From Bryobacterales bacterium (lineage in GTDB: Bacteria; Acidobacteriota; Terriglobia; Bryobacterales; UBA6623): DNA of 64,000 nt. Shown piece by piece: positions 19,693-29,175 of the stretch. Position 1 is the first letter of the stretch. Each line of letters begins with the position of its first letter. Both the position numbers and the translations under genes were made by a program. Where the stretch lies: assembly GCA_963422375.2 (NCBI GenBank), contig CAXXKD010000001.1:416001-480000 (forward strand). The letters run 5' to 3'. The notes below the pieces were generated by a model. It searched no databases. It was not told the DNA's origin and saw nothing but the letters and a program-made list of their open reading frames with translations.

Positions 19693-21468
19693 CTAATCCC
19701 CTAGGGCCCCGCCGCTGTCTGCACCGTCGAGCCAATACGGCTCGCCCAACCGATACGGATCGGCGTCCTGTTCTGCTGGCGGTCGGCGGTCAATCAACCC
19801 AAAGCGCCGGACTGGACAGGCGAGCTTGCGCGCGGCGTCCGCCAGGGCCTCAGCAACGAGGCCCATGAGCGTCGTCCCGCCCGTGACGTTTACGACGACT
19901 TTGGTCGCGTCCACGAGGTCCGCACGGGCATCCTTCGTCAAGCGGTCGATTTCGGCACGCCCGCCGAATGGATCTTTGAGACACAGCGCCTTGACTGGAC
20001 CGTCATAGCCGGCTAGCGATCTCGCTTCGTCGATCTTCGGTTCAGTTTCGCGGGAGCAGATGACGAGACACAGTGCTGGCTCTCCGTCGCACACTCTCAA
20101 AGCGCTGAACAGCACGCCAGGCCTCATTCCGATAGGGCTAACGAGGACCTGCCCGCGCGGGTTGCCGAACGCTAACGACACACGCGGACAATGCCGGAGT
20201 GTTTCTCGCCAGTACTTCTCGACATGATCGCGATTTTTCCTGGTCTTCTTGCTGTCAACGAGCGGCTCTAGGCGCATTCCGTGATGCGCATACCCGTTAC
20301 GGAGCTGCCTAAGTTGGCCCCAGTACGTTCCAAGCGCCCGCTGATCATCTGTCAGTTTGTGCTTGAGCTTGCTGCCATCCCTCCCTATATTTTCGATTGC
20401 GCCGAGAAGTGTGGCGGCACTGCGTCGCGCGGTGTCGTAGTCGAGCCATCTTCCCTCTTCGCCCTGAAGCAGTATTGCCCACGAGACGGTCCACTCGCTC
20501 AGAAGCCCGAGCGCGGTCGGCATATTCCTGCGATCCAGCAGGTCGTCGATGACGCAGGCCTGCCGCTTTAGCTCGCGCTCGGTCAGCCGGATCTGCCCCT
20601 TCCATCCGTCACCCTCGAACTTTTGGTCGCGAAGCGCGAAGGGCTCGAGGGTCGTGTGGATGCGATCGCAAAGCTCATTGCCCAAGGGCAGGCGGTAGTG
20701 GCCCGTGAGGAGTCGTCGCAGCGGCTTGCGGAAACGCTCGCGGATTCGGCTTGCCTTCGCCCCTAGCTCGATCGGAAGCCCCGAGAGACAGGCTTCCGAT
20801 AGCTCAGTCAGTTCAGGTTCGATCTGCTGATTCTGTTGGTTCGAAGGAGCCTCCCGGAGGAGTTTAACCATCGGCAAGGCGCTCCCCGTGTCACGCAGAA
20901 CCCTGAGCGCGTAGAGCCACTCGGGCAGCTCCAGAAGCGGCTTCAAGTCAAGAAATGGACTGGCTTCTCCGCGCCGCAGCAGACCGTAGTAGGCGGCGCG
21001 CACCCGAACCTCTCGAAGAGCAGCCACGTACAGAACTGCGATGTAAGTGAGAAAAGAGAAATGACGGAAGCCATGCGTAACATCGACGGTGATCTCAACC
21101 TCCGAAGGAATGGCTTCTGTGACGCATTGCAGGAACTCGTCTACCTGCTCGGGAGTATCGCCGCCCGAAACTTGGACAAGGTCCATGCAGTACCGGTCGC
21201 CAAGAGCCCGCTGGAGAACGGGCCAGCTCTCGTCTTTCGCTTGCGGCGTACACAGAGCCAAGACGCGATGCGGCCGCGCGGCCTCCGGCAGCAGCTCGAG
21301 CAGAGCAACGGGCGCGAGCTGGGCTTGGGTTGTGAGATCACCTAGGGAATAGGACGCCAGGCTCGGATTCGTTCCGAGCACCGTGAGCAGAATAGTCTCC
21401 GGCACGGCGGCACCCGAGCCACTGGGCGTGGCTGCCCAAGGTTCCGATGGGCTGTCCGTTTCGCTCAT
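19693..21468 (-). CDS. Csx1/TM1812-like CARF-HEPN protein with an additional C-terminal CARF-like domain
   Basis: N-terminal LLTVLG and DVTHGFRH (DxTHG motif), HEPN RNGYAH, and a second Rossmann-like domain VLVSPIG..PG...VVVNVTGGTTLM. Intact, ~591 aa. Confidence 0.85.
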   Translation of the reverse strand: MSETDSPSEPWAATPSGSGAAVPETILLTVLGTNPSLASYSLGDLTTQAQLAPVALLELLPEAARPHRVLALCTPQAKDESWPVLQRALGDRYCMDLVQVSGGDTPEQVDEFLQCVTEAIPSEVEITVDVTHGFRHFSFLTYIAVLYVAALREVRVRAAYYGLLRRGEASPFLDLKPLLELPEWLYALRVLRDTGSALPMVKLLREAPSNQQNQQIEPELTELSEACLSGLPIELGAKASRIRERFRKPLRRLLTGHYRLPLGNELCDRIHTTLEPFALRDQKFEGDGWKGQIRLTERELKRQACVIDDLLDRRNMPTALGLLSEWTVSWAILLQGEEGRWLDYDTARRSAATLLGAIENIGRDGSKLKHKLTDDQRALGTYWGQLRQLRNGYAHHGMRLEPLVDSKKTRKNRDHVEKYWRETLRHCPRVSLAFGNPRGQVLVSPIGMRPGVLFSALRVCDGEPALCLVICSRETEPKIDEARSLAGYDGPVKALCLKDPFGGRAEIDRLTKDARADLVDATKVVVNVTGGTTLMGLVAEALADAARKLACPVRRFGLIDRRPPAEQDADPYRLGEPYWLDGADSGGALGD

Positions 21469-21764
21469 CTGCGAGCCTCGGTAAACGCATTGTAGGGAAC
21501 GCACAACGTGGGCTGGCACTAACCAGCTTGACTCTCTGACAGCCGTCCTCCCCGTCGAGCCCTCGGAAGTGGAGCTGTCACAATGGGCCTACTTCTCCAT
21601 CGGACTTGGCCGCCGCGCATGTGGTCGCGCAGCACGGACTGGATCCGCAGTAGCATACTGAAGCACGTCCAAGTATCGTCGGGGATGTTTCTGCGGAGTG
21701 GCGGGTACTACTCCCGATGGAAAGACCTCTGCCGACCACCCCGTCTTGGCCTAGCATACAGTTA

Positions 21765-22816
21765 CCTGATTACCCACACGACTCAGCAAGGTTAGGAGGC
21801 GGCAAGGCATGGGCGGGGTGCGCACCGGAGGCGTGGAGCAGGCGGGGGACCAGCGCCTGCAGATCGTAGCGGCGGTTGAGGTGGTTGAAGCGGTAGCAGA
21901 ACTCGGCGAGGTACCGCGGCAGGTGCTTGCCGTCGAGCGCATGGCAGGTTCCCGCCAGGGACTGCTTGACGTTCGCCGGCATCGTGTCGACCCGGACGAA
22001 GCGGGAATCCCCGCAGCTCCGCTGCCCGCCTGCGGTGACGGCCGGCACGTGCTCGCAGCCGGCGCCGGCCACGCCCCGCAAGCAGGCCGGGCCGTCGGCA
22101 TGCACCTCCGTGCCGGGCTGCAAGTGCCGCCCGGCCCACGCTGCCAGCGTCTTCTTGCGGAAGCCCGCCACGCTGCTCATGCGCATCCTTGCCGGCTTGC
22201 CGTCGGCGGTGACCTGGTTGACCTGCACGGCGGCGACGAACGGCGTCTTGCCCGCCGCGCCGCGACCGCGCTTGCCGGCCGGTCCGCTCCCCGCCCCAGT
22301 AGGCGTCGTCCACCTGCACGATGCCGCCCAGCGGCACGCGCTCGTCGCGCTCCTTCAGCACTTGCAGAAGCTTGTGCTTCACCCTCCAAGCCGTGTTCCG
22401 GCTCACGCCCAGCTGCCGCGCCAGTTCCAGCGACGAAACGCCGTGCTGGCCCGGCGTCAGCAGGTGGATCGCTAGGAACCGGACGGTCAGCGGCAGCTGG
22501 GTGGCGGCGCAGATCGTGCCGGCGACCAGGGAGGTCCGGCGGTGGCAGGCATGGCACTGCCAGAGCTTGCGGGAGCGGATGCGGCAGTGCCGTCGGGAGC
22601 CGCACTCCGGGCAGCGGAAGCCGTCCGGCCAGCGGGCGTTGAAAACGGCGTGCTCGCATGGCCTCTCGCTGCCGTAGCGCTGCAGGAACTTGCCCGGGCT
22701 GAGTCCCTTCTGGAATTGCACGCGATTGCGTTTCATCCGCTAGCCCCCTTCCTATCAGAGATTTCCGACCTCCTCCAGTATAGCATATCCTCGGCTGACG
22801 TTCGTTGGTAATCAGG
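21765..22816 (-). mobile_element. IS1595-family element of a second subgroup (transposase 21792-22736, frameshifted)
   Basis: IRs CCTGATTACC.../...GGTAATCAGG; MKRNRVQFQKGLS, RWPDGFRCPEC, VQVDDAYWGGE, HLPRYLAEFCYRFN. Confidence 0.88.
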
Positions 22817-24312
22817 AAAGACTTTTGCGCCCCTCAGTAGATGCGCCAGCGCAGGCGATACAAGACGAGGATGCGCTCCGCGTCCGCACCGGCACGCTCG
22901 TCAGCAGGAACCATTCCAGGGGCTCGGCGCCGTCCGGGGCCGCGCTTCCCGCACGTGCATCATGCTCGGGCGAATCGGCTCGCTCCCGCGCTCGGGTCCC
23001 TCGGCCGGCGCCGGCAGCGGGACCGTCTGCCAGCGCAGCGCCACCTCGGCCGCGCGCGCCGGGCGCAACTCGCTCGCCGCCTGGCGCCGCGTGCCGCCGC
23101 CTGCCGCGCCGGGCCAAGCTGCGCGGGACGTGCAGCGCCAAGCGCGCCTGGGCGGGTGCCGCGCGCAGGCGGTCGAAGAGCTTCGGCCGGTCCTTGCCGA
23201 GACTGCGGTTGTGCCCGGCCCGCACCAGCAGGTCGATCCCGTCCAGCCGCCGGCGCTCGGCGAACAGCTCGAACACGTCCGCCTCGCGGTCCATGACGGC
23301 GACCGGCCGGGTCCCTCGCAGCTGCCCGGCCAGCTCGGCCGTGTCCCGCAGCCCGCGCACCCAGCGCTGCGTCATGCGCAGCTCGGCCGGCTTGCGCTTC
23401 CCGGCCCGGCCGTCCGGGGCCTCGAACTGGATCAGCGGCACGCCCAGCGCGATGCCGTCGCCGTTGACGGCCGGCGTCGAGTGCATGTGCAGGCCGAGGG
23501 TGCCCTTGGAACGGCTGTTCCTGCCGATCAGCCCCGGGCCGACGCAGCCCGGCCGCTCGGCGAAATTGAGGTCGCTGCCGTCCTGGATGCACAGCACGAC
23601 GGCCTGGCCGTCCATGCGCTCCAGCATGCGCGCAGTGAGGGGCGAGGATGCTGGCGGGCGTGACGGCGGCCTCGGCCGGCTGGTCGATCATGCGGTAGCA
23701 GGCTTTCATCAGGGCGCGGTCGGACCGGGCTGCGGAGACGAACGAGGCCCGCGGCGCGTCGGCCATGGCGGCCGCGCATTGCACCAGGCGGCGGCTCCAG
23801 CGTACATCTCCCAGCGGAGCGCCGCCGAACTCGCGCCGGTCGGGGCGCAGCGCCCGCGACCGGCGGTCCGGCCGACATGGATCCAGTTGGCGGCCTTGAA
23901 GCTGGTGCCGGCATGGCGGCGGCGGTCGACGAGGGTCTCCGCGAGCAGGGGCTCGTCGCCGTAGCGCTGCCGGAAGTTGGCGGGGAGGCAGTGCCGCGGG
24001 GATGCTCGCGGGCGATCAGCTCGGTCCGGCGGCTGCGGTCGTCGGTGACGAGTTCGAGGCGCCGACGCGATGCCGGCACGGACCGCGGGACCTCGACGGG
24101 GTGGCCGAGCCGTCGCGGGCGGCTGTGCCCGCCGTGGCGGACGGGCGGTGGGAGAGCGATACTGTCGCCGGCGTGGAGGGTCCGCAAGGCCTTCAGGCAG
24201 GTGACCGGCTGGGGGTTTCCGCGAGCGTCGTGGAAGCGGAAGTCGGCGCACACGTACGCGGCGAGCGCGGTGCGGTGGGGGAAGGTCTCCGTGTCCAGCA
24301 GCGCTCGCAGGC
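22817..24312 (-). mobile_element. IS4-family (IS50-like) transposase pseudogene with N-terminal DUF4338/DruA-like region
   Basis: Fragments across frames: F.DARGNPQ..TCLKALR.L, RYGDEPLLAETLVD..HAGTSFKAANWIHVGRT.GRGR, LCIQDGSDLNF, GLHMHST, VMDREAD, LEWFLLTS. Confidence 0.8.
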
Positions 24313-24893
24313 GGAAATCGCCCACGCGGCGGCGCGCACCAAGGACACGCAGTTCGGCCCGCGCAAGCGCGCCCTGGCCGCGCGGCGGGGCACGGGCCGC
24401 GCGGCGGGGCACGGGGCGCGCGGCGGGGCACGGGGCGCGCGGCGGGGCACGGGGCGCGTGGCGGTGGCACTGGGGCACGAGATCCTGCGCATCGCGTTCG
24501 CGATGCTGCGCGACGGCGTGCCCTACCGCGATCCGGTCATCGACCCGGAAGCGCTGACGGCGCGCGAGAACCTGTCCCGCTGGCTGCGGATGGTGCGCAA
24601 GGCGCAGCTGCTGCCGGAGGTGGCGCGGCGCGTGCAGGCGGAGCTGCTGCGCCAGAAGGCCGCGCGCGAGAAGCGGCGGCTGGCCGAGTCCGCTCCGGCC
24701 CTAGAGCCGGGGTCCGGAGCGGCTGAGCGGCCGGCACTCGCCTCGGACGGGACCGGCCCGGGTGCCCGGTCACTCGGCGCGAGCGAAGGGGAAGCCCGCG
24801 CGAACGGCGCCCCATGCCGGTCCCTGACGTCAATTCAACCACCGGGCCGTCGAAACGTGTCGCTGGGGCGGAACCGTGGGGGTGTGTCTCCAA
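24313..24893 (+). mobile_element. IS110-family transposase C-terminal fragment and probable right end
   Basis: AHAAARTKDTQF...ALAARRG...VALGHEILRIAFAMLRDGVPYRDP...RWLRMV resembles IS110 C-termini. Boundaries are approximate. Confidence 0.65.
24378..24453 (+). repeat. 19-bp tandem repeat x4, (C/G)CGCGCGGCGGGGCACGGG
   Basis: Four consecutive units read directly from the sequence. Confidence 0.9.
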
Positions 24894-25108
24894 GACCTAT
24901 AGCATTCGGAGGAATCCTAGCACTTCAGGTCGAATGAGACGGGAATCCGGAGTTCTTCGGCCCGTACGCCTTGCCGACACCCACGGACCGTACCGGATAA
25001 TGCGGTCCGTTAGGGTCAATACTTAGGGAATTACTAGAACACTACTAGAGGCAAGAAAATACACGAAGCGAATCCGCCCAATCGCCTGTGGCCAGCCCCA
25101 ATGTGGGT

Positions 25109-25128
25109 GGGTCTTGTCACAAGCGCTA
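25109..25128 (-). repeat. IS-type terminal inverted repeat matching 16620-16639
   Basis: GGGTCTTGTCACAAGCGCTA is the reverse complement of TAGTTCTTGTGACAAGACCC at 18/20 positions, with a perfect 15-bp core. Confidence 0.85.
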
Positions 25129-25617
25129 CTTCTTCTCGAACCCGGGGCTGACCGCGCGCACCGTCTTTCTGCCCGGCGACAGGCCCAAGCAGAAGTTCAA
25201 GAAGAATATTCTCAATGGCACGAACGGCGGCCCGATCGCGAGGAATTTGACCTGCTTCCTCGGGTCGTTCGAGGGGGTTGCGCTCCGAGCGGTCCCTCGC
25301 GAACGCGGTCCGGACCTTCTCGACGTCTTTCGGGCCGCTCGCGGAGAGTCCGGGCGGGCGCTTGCCAGCGCATCCCGGATCGGACATAATGGGAACGGCG
25401 GGCCTTGGGCTTGCCCGTGGCAGCTTCCAACCTCGGTATGGGCTGGGGTGCTGCCGGGAATCGTCTAGGTCAGCGATGGCTTTGGGCGCGCTCGGAAACT
25501 ATGGATTGAGTCGGACCGGTCCTCGGCCGGGCCGACCTGCGGATTGCGAGGCGATTAGCGCAAGCTTCTGCGCCGACCAGTCCTGCCGTGCGGGCGCGGC
25601 GCGCCCTTGATGGATCG

Positions 25618-26526
25618 ATGCCCAAGGCCGTCAAGGAATTCGCTCGCAGCGTCGCGAAGAAGATCCGTCTGATCGAGATTCAGACCAGCAAGGCGGTCGA
25701 CGACGTCCTCGCCGGCGAGTACAGTAGCGTCTTCAAGGGCAGCGGCATCGAATTCGAGGAAGTCCGCGAGTACGCCCCCGGCGACGAGATTCGCAGCATC
25801 GACTGGAACGTCACCGCGCGCATGGGCAAGCCCTTCGTCAAGCGCTACGTCGAGGAGCGCGAGCTGACCGTCTGGCTGCTCGTGGATCTCTCGGCCTCCG
25901 GGGCGTTCGGGAGCCGCAGCGAGCTCAAGAACGAGGCGGCAGCCGAGTTCTGCGCGCTGCTCGCCTTCGCCGCCATCCGCAACAGCGACAAGGTCGGGCT
26001 GATCGTCTTCACGGAGCGGGTCGAGCTGGCGATCGCCCCGAGCAAGGGGCGCACGCACGTCCTGCGGCTGATTCGCGAGGTGCTGCGCTTCGCTCCGCGG
26101 GAGCGCGGGACCGATCTCGCTGCGGCCCTCGAGTACCTGGGCCGGGTCACGCACAAGCGCGGCGTCGTCTTCCTCGTCTCCGATTTCCTCACCGCCGCCC
26201 CGCTGGAGCGGGAGAGCGGCAAGCAGCTGCGCGTCCTCGCGCGCCGGCATGACCTGATCGCCGTGACGGTCGGCGACCGGCGCGAGCTCGAGCTGCCGGA
26301 CGTGGGACTCATCGAACTGGAGGACGCCGAGACCGGTCGGTGCGTCCTCGTGGACACCTCGAGCAAGCGCGTGCGCCGGGAGTACGCGGCCGACGCGCGC
26401 CGGCGGGGCGAGCGCAGACGGGACTTCTTTCGCGCCACGGGCATCGACGAGGTCGCGATCATGACCGGCCAGGACTACGTGCGCGACCTCCTGCGGCTGT
26501 TCCGGAAGCGCGGCAGGAGGCGATGA
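25618..26526 (+). CDS. DUF58-domain protein (MoxR/Bat-associated)
   Basis: GEYSSVFKGSGIEFEEVREYAPGDEIRSIDWNVTAR, EEREL, VSDF. Confidence 0.92.
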   Translation: MPKAVKEFARSVAKKIRLIEIQTSKAVDDVLAGEYSSVFKGSGIEFEEVREYAPGDEIRSIDWNVTARMGKPFVKRYVEERELTVWLLVDLSASGAFGSRSELKNEAAAEFCALLAFAAIRNSDKVGLIVFTERVELAIAPSKGRTHVLRLIREVLRFAPRERGTDLAAALEYLGRVTHKRGVVFLVSDFLTAAPLERESGKQLRVLARRHDLIAVTVGDRRELELPDVGLIELEDAETGRCVLVDTSSKRVRREYAADARRRGERRRDFFRATGIDEVAIMTGQDYVRDLLRLFRKRGRRR

Positions 26527-27515
26527 CGACTCCGGCCGGTCGACGGACGCGCCGGGCCGGCGCGGCGCTGGCGCTGGCCGCGGCGCTCTGCTCGTGCGAC
26601 GCTGCCGGCACCGGACCCACGCCTGCCGAGCCGGCGGTCGTCCAGCGCGTCGAGAGCGAAGGCGCCCGCTTGGAACTGTCCCTGGACCGGGACGCGCTCT
26701 CGATCGCCGACAGCGCCGTGCTCCGGCTCGCGGTCGAGAGCGCCGAGGCCGACAGGGTGGAGTTCCCGGAATCCGAGGACGGCTTCGGGGACTTCGCGGT
26801 GACCCGCGACGAGCCCGTCGCGGAGCGCCTGCTGGAGGGAGGCGCCGTGGCGCGCGGGCGCGAGTATGCCCTGCAGCCCTTCCTGCCCGGCGAGTACGAG
26901 CTTCCCGCGCTGACGGTGCTCGTGAACGGCTCGCCGCGCCTCGTCAGCGATCCGATCCCGGTCACCGTGGAGAGCGTGCTGGAGGATCCGGAGGCCGCGG
27001 AGCTGGAGGACATTGCCGGCCCCGTCGACGTGCCTGTCCCTTGGTGGTGGTGGGCGGTCGCGGCGCTCGTGGCAGCCGCCCTGGCGGCGGCGGGGGCGTA
27101 CTGGCGCAAGCGTCGCAAGGCGGCCCTGTCGGCATCGCGGGTGGTGCCGCCCCACGAGGCGGCGCTGGCCGCCTTGGACGCCCTCCTCGGGCGCGGGCTG
27201 CCCGGCCCCGACGAGGTCAAGCGCTTCTACATGCGCCTCTCCGACATCGTCCGGCGCTACGTCGAGGAGCGGTTCGGGCTGCGCGCCCCCGAGCAGACGA
27301 CCGAGGAGTTCCTCGCCGCGATGGCCGCGAGCCCCGCTGTCGGCCGCGAGCACCAGCGGCTGCTGCGCTCCTTCCTCGAGCAGGCCGACATGGTGAAGTT
27401 CGCCAAGTTCACCCCGGGCAGGGACGAAGCCGAAGATGCCGTCGATGCCGCCAGGCGCTTCGTCCGGCAGACCGCGCCAGACGAGCTGCTCGCTCCCGGG
27501 GGTCGGCCCGCATAG
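26523..27515 (+). CDS. BatD-like/DUF4381-like membrane protein, possibly a lipoprotein
   Basis: Signal peptide with Cys, Ig-like region, TM helix, and LSDIVRRYVEERFG..APEQTTEEFL...ADMVKFAK. Coupled to the DUF58 gene. Confidence 0.75.
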   Translation: MTTPAGRRTRRAGAALALAAALCSCDAAGTGPTPAEPAVVQRVESEGARLELSLDRDALSIADSAVLRLAVESAEADRVEFPESEDGFGDFAVTRDEPVAERLLEGGAVARGREYALQPFLPGEYELPALTVLVNGSPRLVSDPIPVTVESVLEDPEAAELEDIAGPVDVPVPWWWWAVAALVAAALAAAGAYWRKRRKAALSASRVVPPHEAALAALDALLGRGLPGPDEVKRFYMRLSDIVRRYVEERFGLRAPEQTTEEFLAAMAASPAVGREHQRLLRSFLEQADMVKFAKFTPGRDEAEDAVDAARRFVRQTAPDELLAPGGRPA

Positions 27516-27533
27516 GCCGGGCCCGGCCGGGCT

Positions 27534-29075
27534 CTACAGCAACCGCTTCAGGATCTTGCCGGCGGGTGACCGGGGGATGGATTCGACGAATTCCACCTGG
27601 CGCACCTGCTTGTAGCCCGCGACCTGCGACCTGACGTGCCCTTGGATCGCATCGGCGCTGAGGGAGCGCCCGGGGTGCAGGGCGACGAAGGCCTTCGGGC
27701 ACTCCGAAGCCGCCTCGTCGGGGATGCCGACGACCGCGGCGTCGCGGACCTCCGGGAGCTCCAGGATCACCGATTCCAGCTCGGCGGGCAGGACCTGGAA
27801 GCCCTTGTACTTGATCATCTCCCTCTTGCGGTCGACCAGATGCAACCGCCCTATCTCGTCGATCCGGCCGATATCGCCGGTGAAGAACCAGCCGTGGCGG
27901 AACGCCCTGGCGTTCTCCTCGGGGGCCTCGTGGTAGCCCCGCATGATGTTCGGTCCCCGCAGCGCGAGTTCCCCGGTCTCGCCGGGGGCCAGCTGGCGCG
28001 AGCCCTCCTCCGGATCGAAGATCGCCGCCTCGAGGCCGTCCACTGGGACGCCCGCGGTCTCTGCGATGTCCCACGGGGCGTTCGCGGGGTTGGTTGTCGC
28101 GATGCCGGCCGTCTCCGTCATGCCGTATCCCTGGCGCACCGCGACCCCAGTGGTCTCGACGAAGCGGCGGACGGCCGGCAGCGGCACGGGCGCCGCGCCG
28201 ACATTCACCCATCGCACCGACGAGAGGTCCCGCCGGCCCAGGTCATCCCGCGAGAGCATGCTCAGCAGCACCGGCGGCACCAGCGGCAGAGAGGTGATCC
28301 GCTCGCGCTCGATGGTGTCGAGGCAGTCGTCCATGTCGAACCGCGCGCGCAGGTGCATCGTGCTGCCGCTGGCGAGCAGGACGTTCATCACCACGTTGAA
28401 GCCGTAGATGTGGTATAGAGGCAGGAAGACGTACCAGCGGCCGTCGGCCTCGTACATCGAGTGCCGCGTGAAGAGCAGCTGCCGGATGGCGGCGACCAGG
28501 TTCGACTGCGTTAGCTCGATCCCCTTCGAGAGGCCGGTCGTCCCGCTCGAGTACGGCAGGAAGGCGGTGTCGCTCTCGCGGTCGGACGGCACATCCGGGT
28601 CGGAGTCCTCCGCCGACGCCCAGAAGCCCGGCTCCAGCTCGATCAAGCGGCAGGCCGGAATCCGGTCGCGGCATTGCAGCAGCCGCGGCATCAGGCTGCG
28701 CTCGGCGAACACGACCGATGCCCCGGAGTTGGTGATCTGATGCACCAGTTCGCGCTGCTTGTAGCTCGAATTGAACGGGGTGAAGACGGCGCCGCTCGCG
28801 AGGATGCCGTATCCCGCCGTGACGAAGTCGAACGAATTCGGGCTGAACACGCCGACCACGGACCCCGTGCCCCAGCCCCGTGCCAGGAGGGCGTTGGCGA
28901 AGCGGCTGGCGCGCCGCCAGTTCTCGGCAAAGGTGAGGATTCTCCGTTGGCCGTCGACGATGAAGGGCCTGTCGCCGTAGGCGGCCGCCGCGTCGCGCAC
29001 GATGGACGGGACCGTGGCCGCGCGGGAGGCGATCCTCTCCAAGGCGGGATGCGGTGGCTGGCCTTGCTGGGGCAA
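27534..29075 (-). CDS. AMP-binding acyl-CoA ligase (4-coumarate-CoA ligase-like)
   Basis: YSSGTTGLSKG, GYGMTE, TGDIG, DRKREMIKYKG, GKILKR. Confidence 0.92.
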   Translation of the reverse strand: MPQQGQPPHPALERIASRAATVPSIVRDAAAAYGDRPFIVDGQRRILTFAENWRRASRFANALLARGWGTGSVVGVFSPNSFDFVTAGYGILASGAVFTPFNSSYKQRELVHQITNSGASVVFAERSLMPRLLQCRDRIPACRLIELEPGFWASAEDSDPDVPSDRESDTAFLPYSSGTTGLSKGIELTQSNLVAAIRQLLFTRHSMYEADGRWYVFLPLYHIYGFNVVMNVLLASGSTMHLRARFDMDDCLDTIERERITSLPLVPPVLLSMLSRDDLGRRDLSSVRWVNVGAAPVPLPAVRRFVETTGVAVRQGYGMTETAGIATTNPANAPWDIAETAGVPVDGLEAAIFDPEEGSRQLAPGETGELALRGPNIMRGYHEAPEENARAFRHGWFFTGDIGRIDEIGRLHLVDRKREMIKYKGFQVLPAELESVILELPEVRDAAVVGIPDEAASECPKAFVALHPGRSLSADAIQGHVRSQVAGYKQVRQVEFVESIPRSPAGKILKRLL

Positions 29076-29175
29076 AGGGAATCCTACCGCAGGTCGGCGG
29101 GCCTGCGACGGAGCGCCCAGCCGGGGATCGTCGCGCCGACGGACCTGGTCGGCCTCGGCTCGCGGAGCGTCGAGC

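Noticed and set aside
21469..21764. CRISPR array or cas gene remnant next to the Csx1-like gene
   Set aside because: No repeat-spacer periodicity and no recognisable cas motif in this interval or elsewhere in the window.
23870..24312. Druantia defence system
   Set aside because: The DUF4338-like sequence is part of an IS4 pseudogene and there are no other dru genes.
24378..24453. CRISPR array
   Set aside because: The units are contiguous with no spacers; it is a simple tandem repeat.
25129..25468. Continuation of the FG-GAP gene after the IS island
   Set aside because: The rejoined frame reads FLDYFFSNPG..., lacking the expected DxDxDGxxD repeat, so it appears to be an unrelated remnant.
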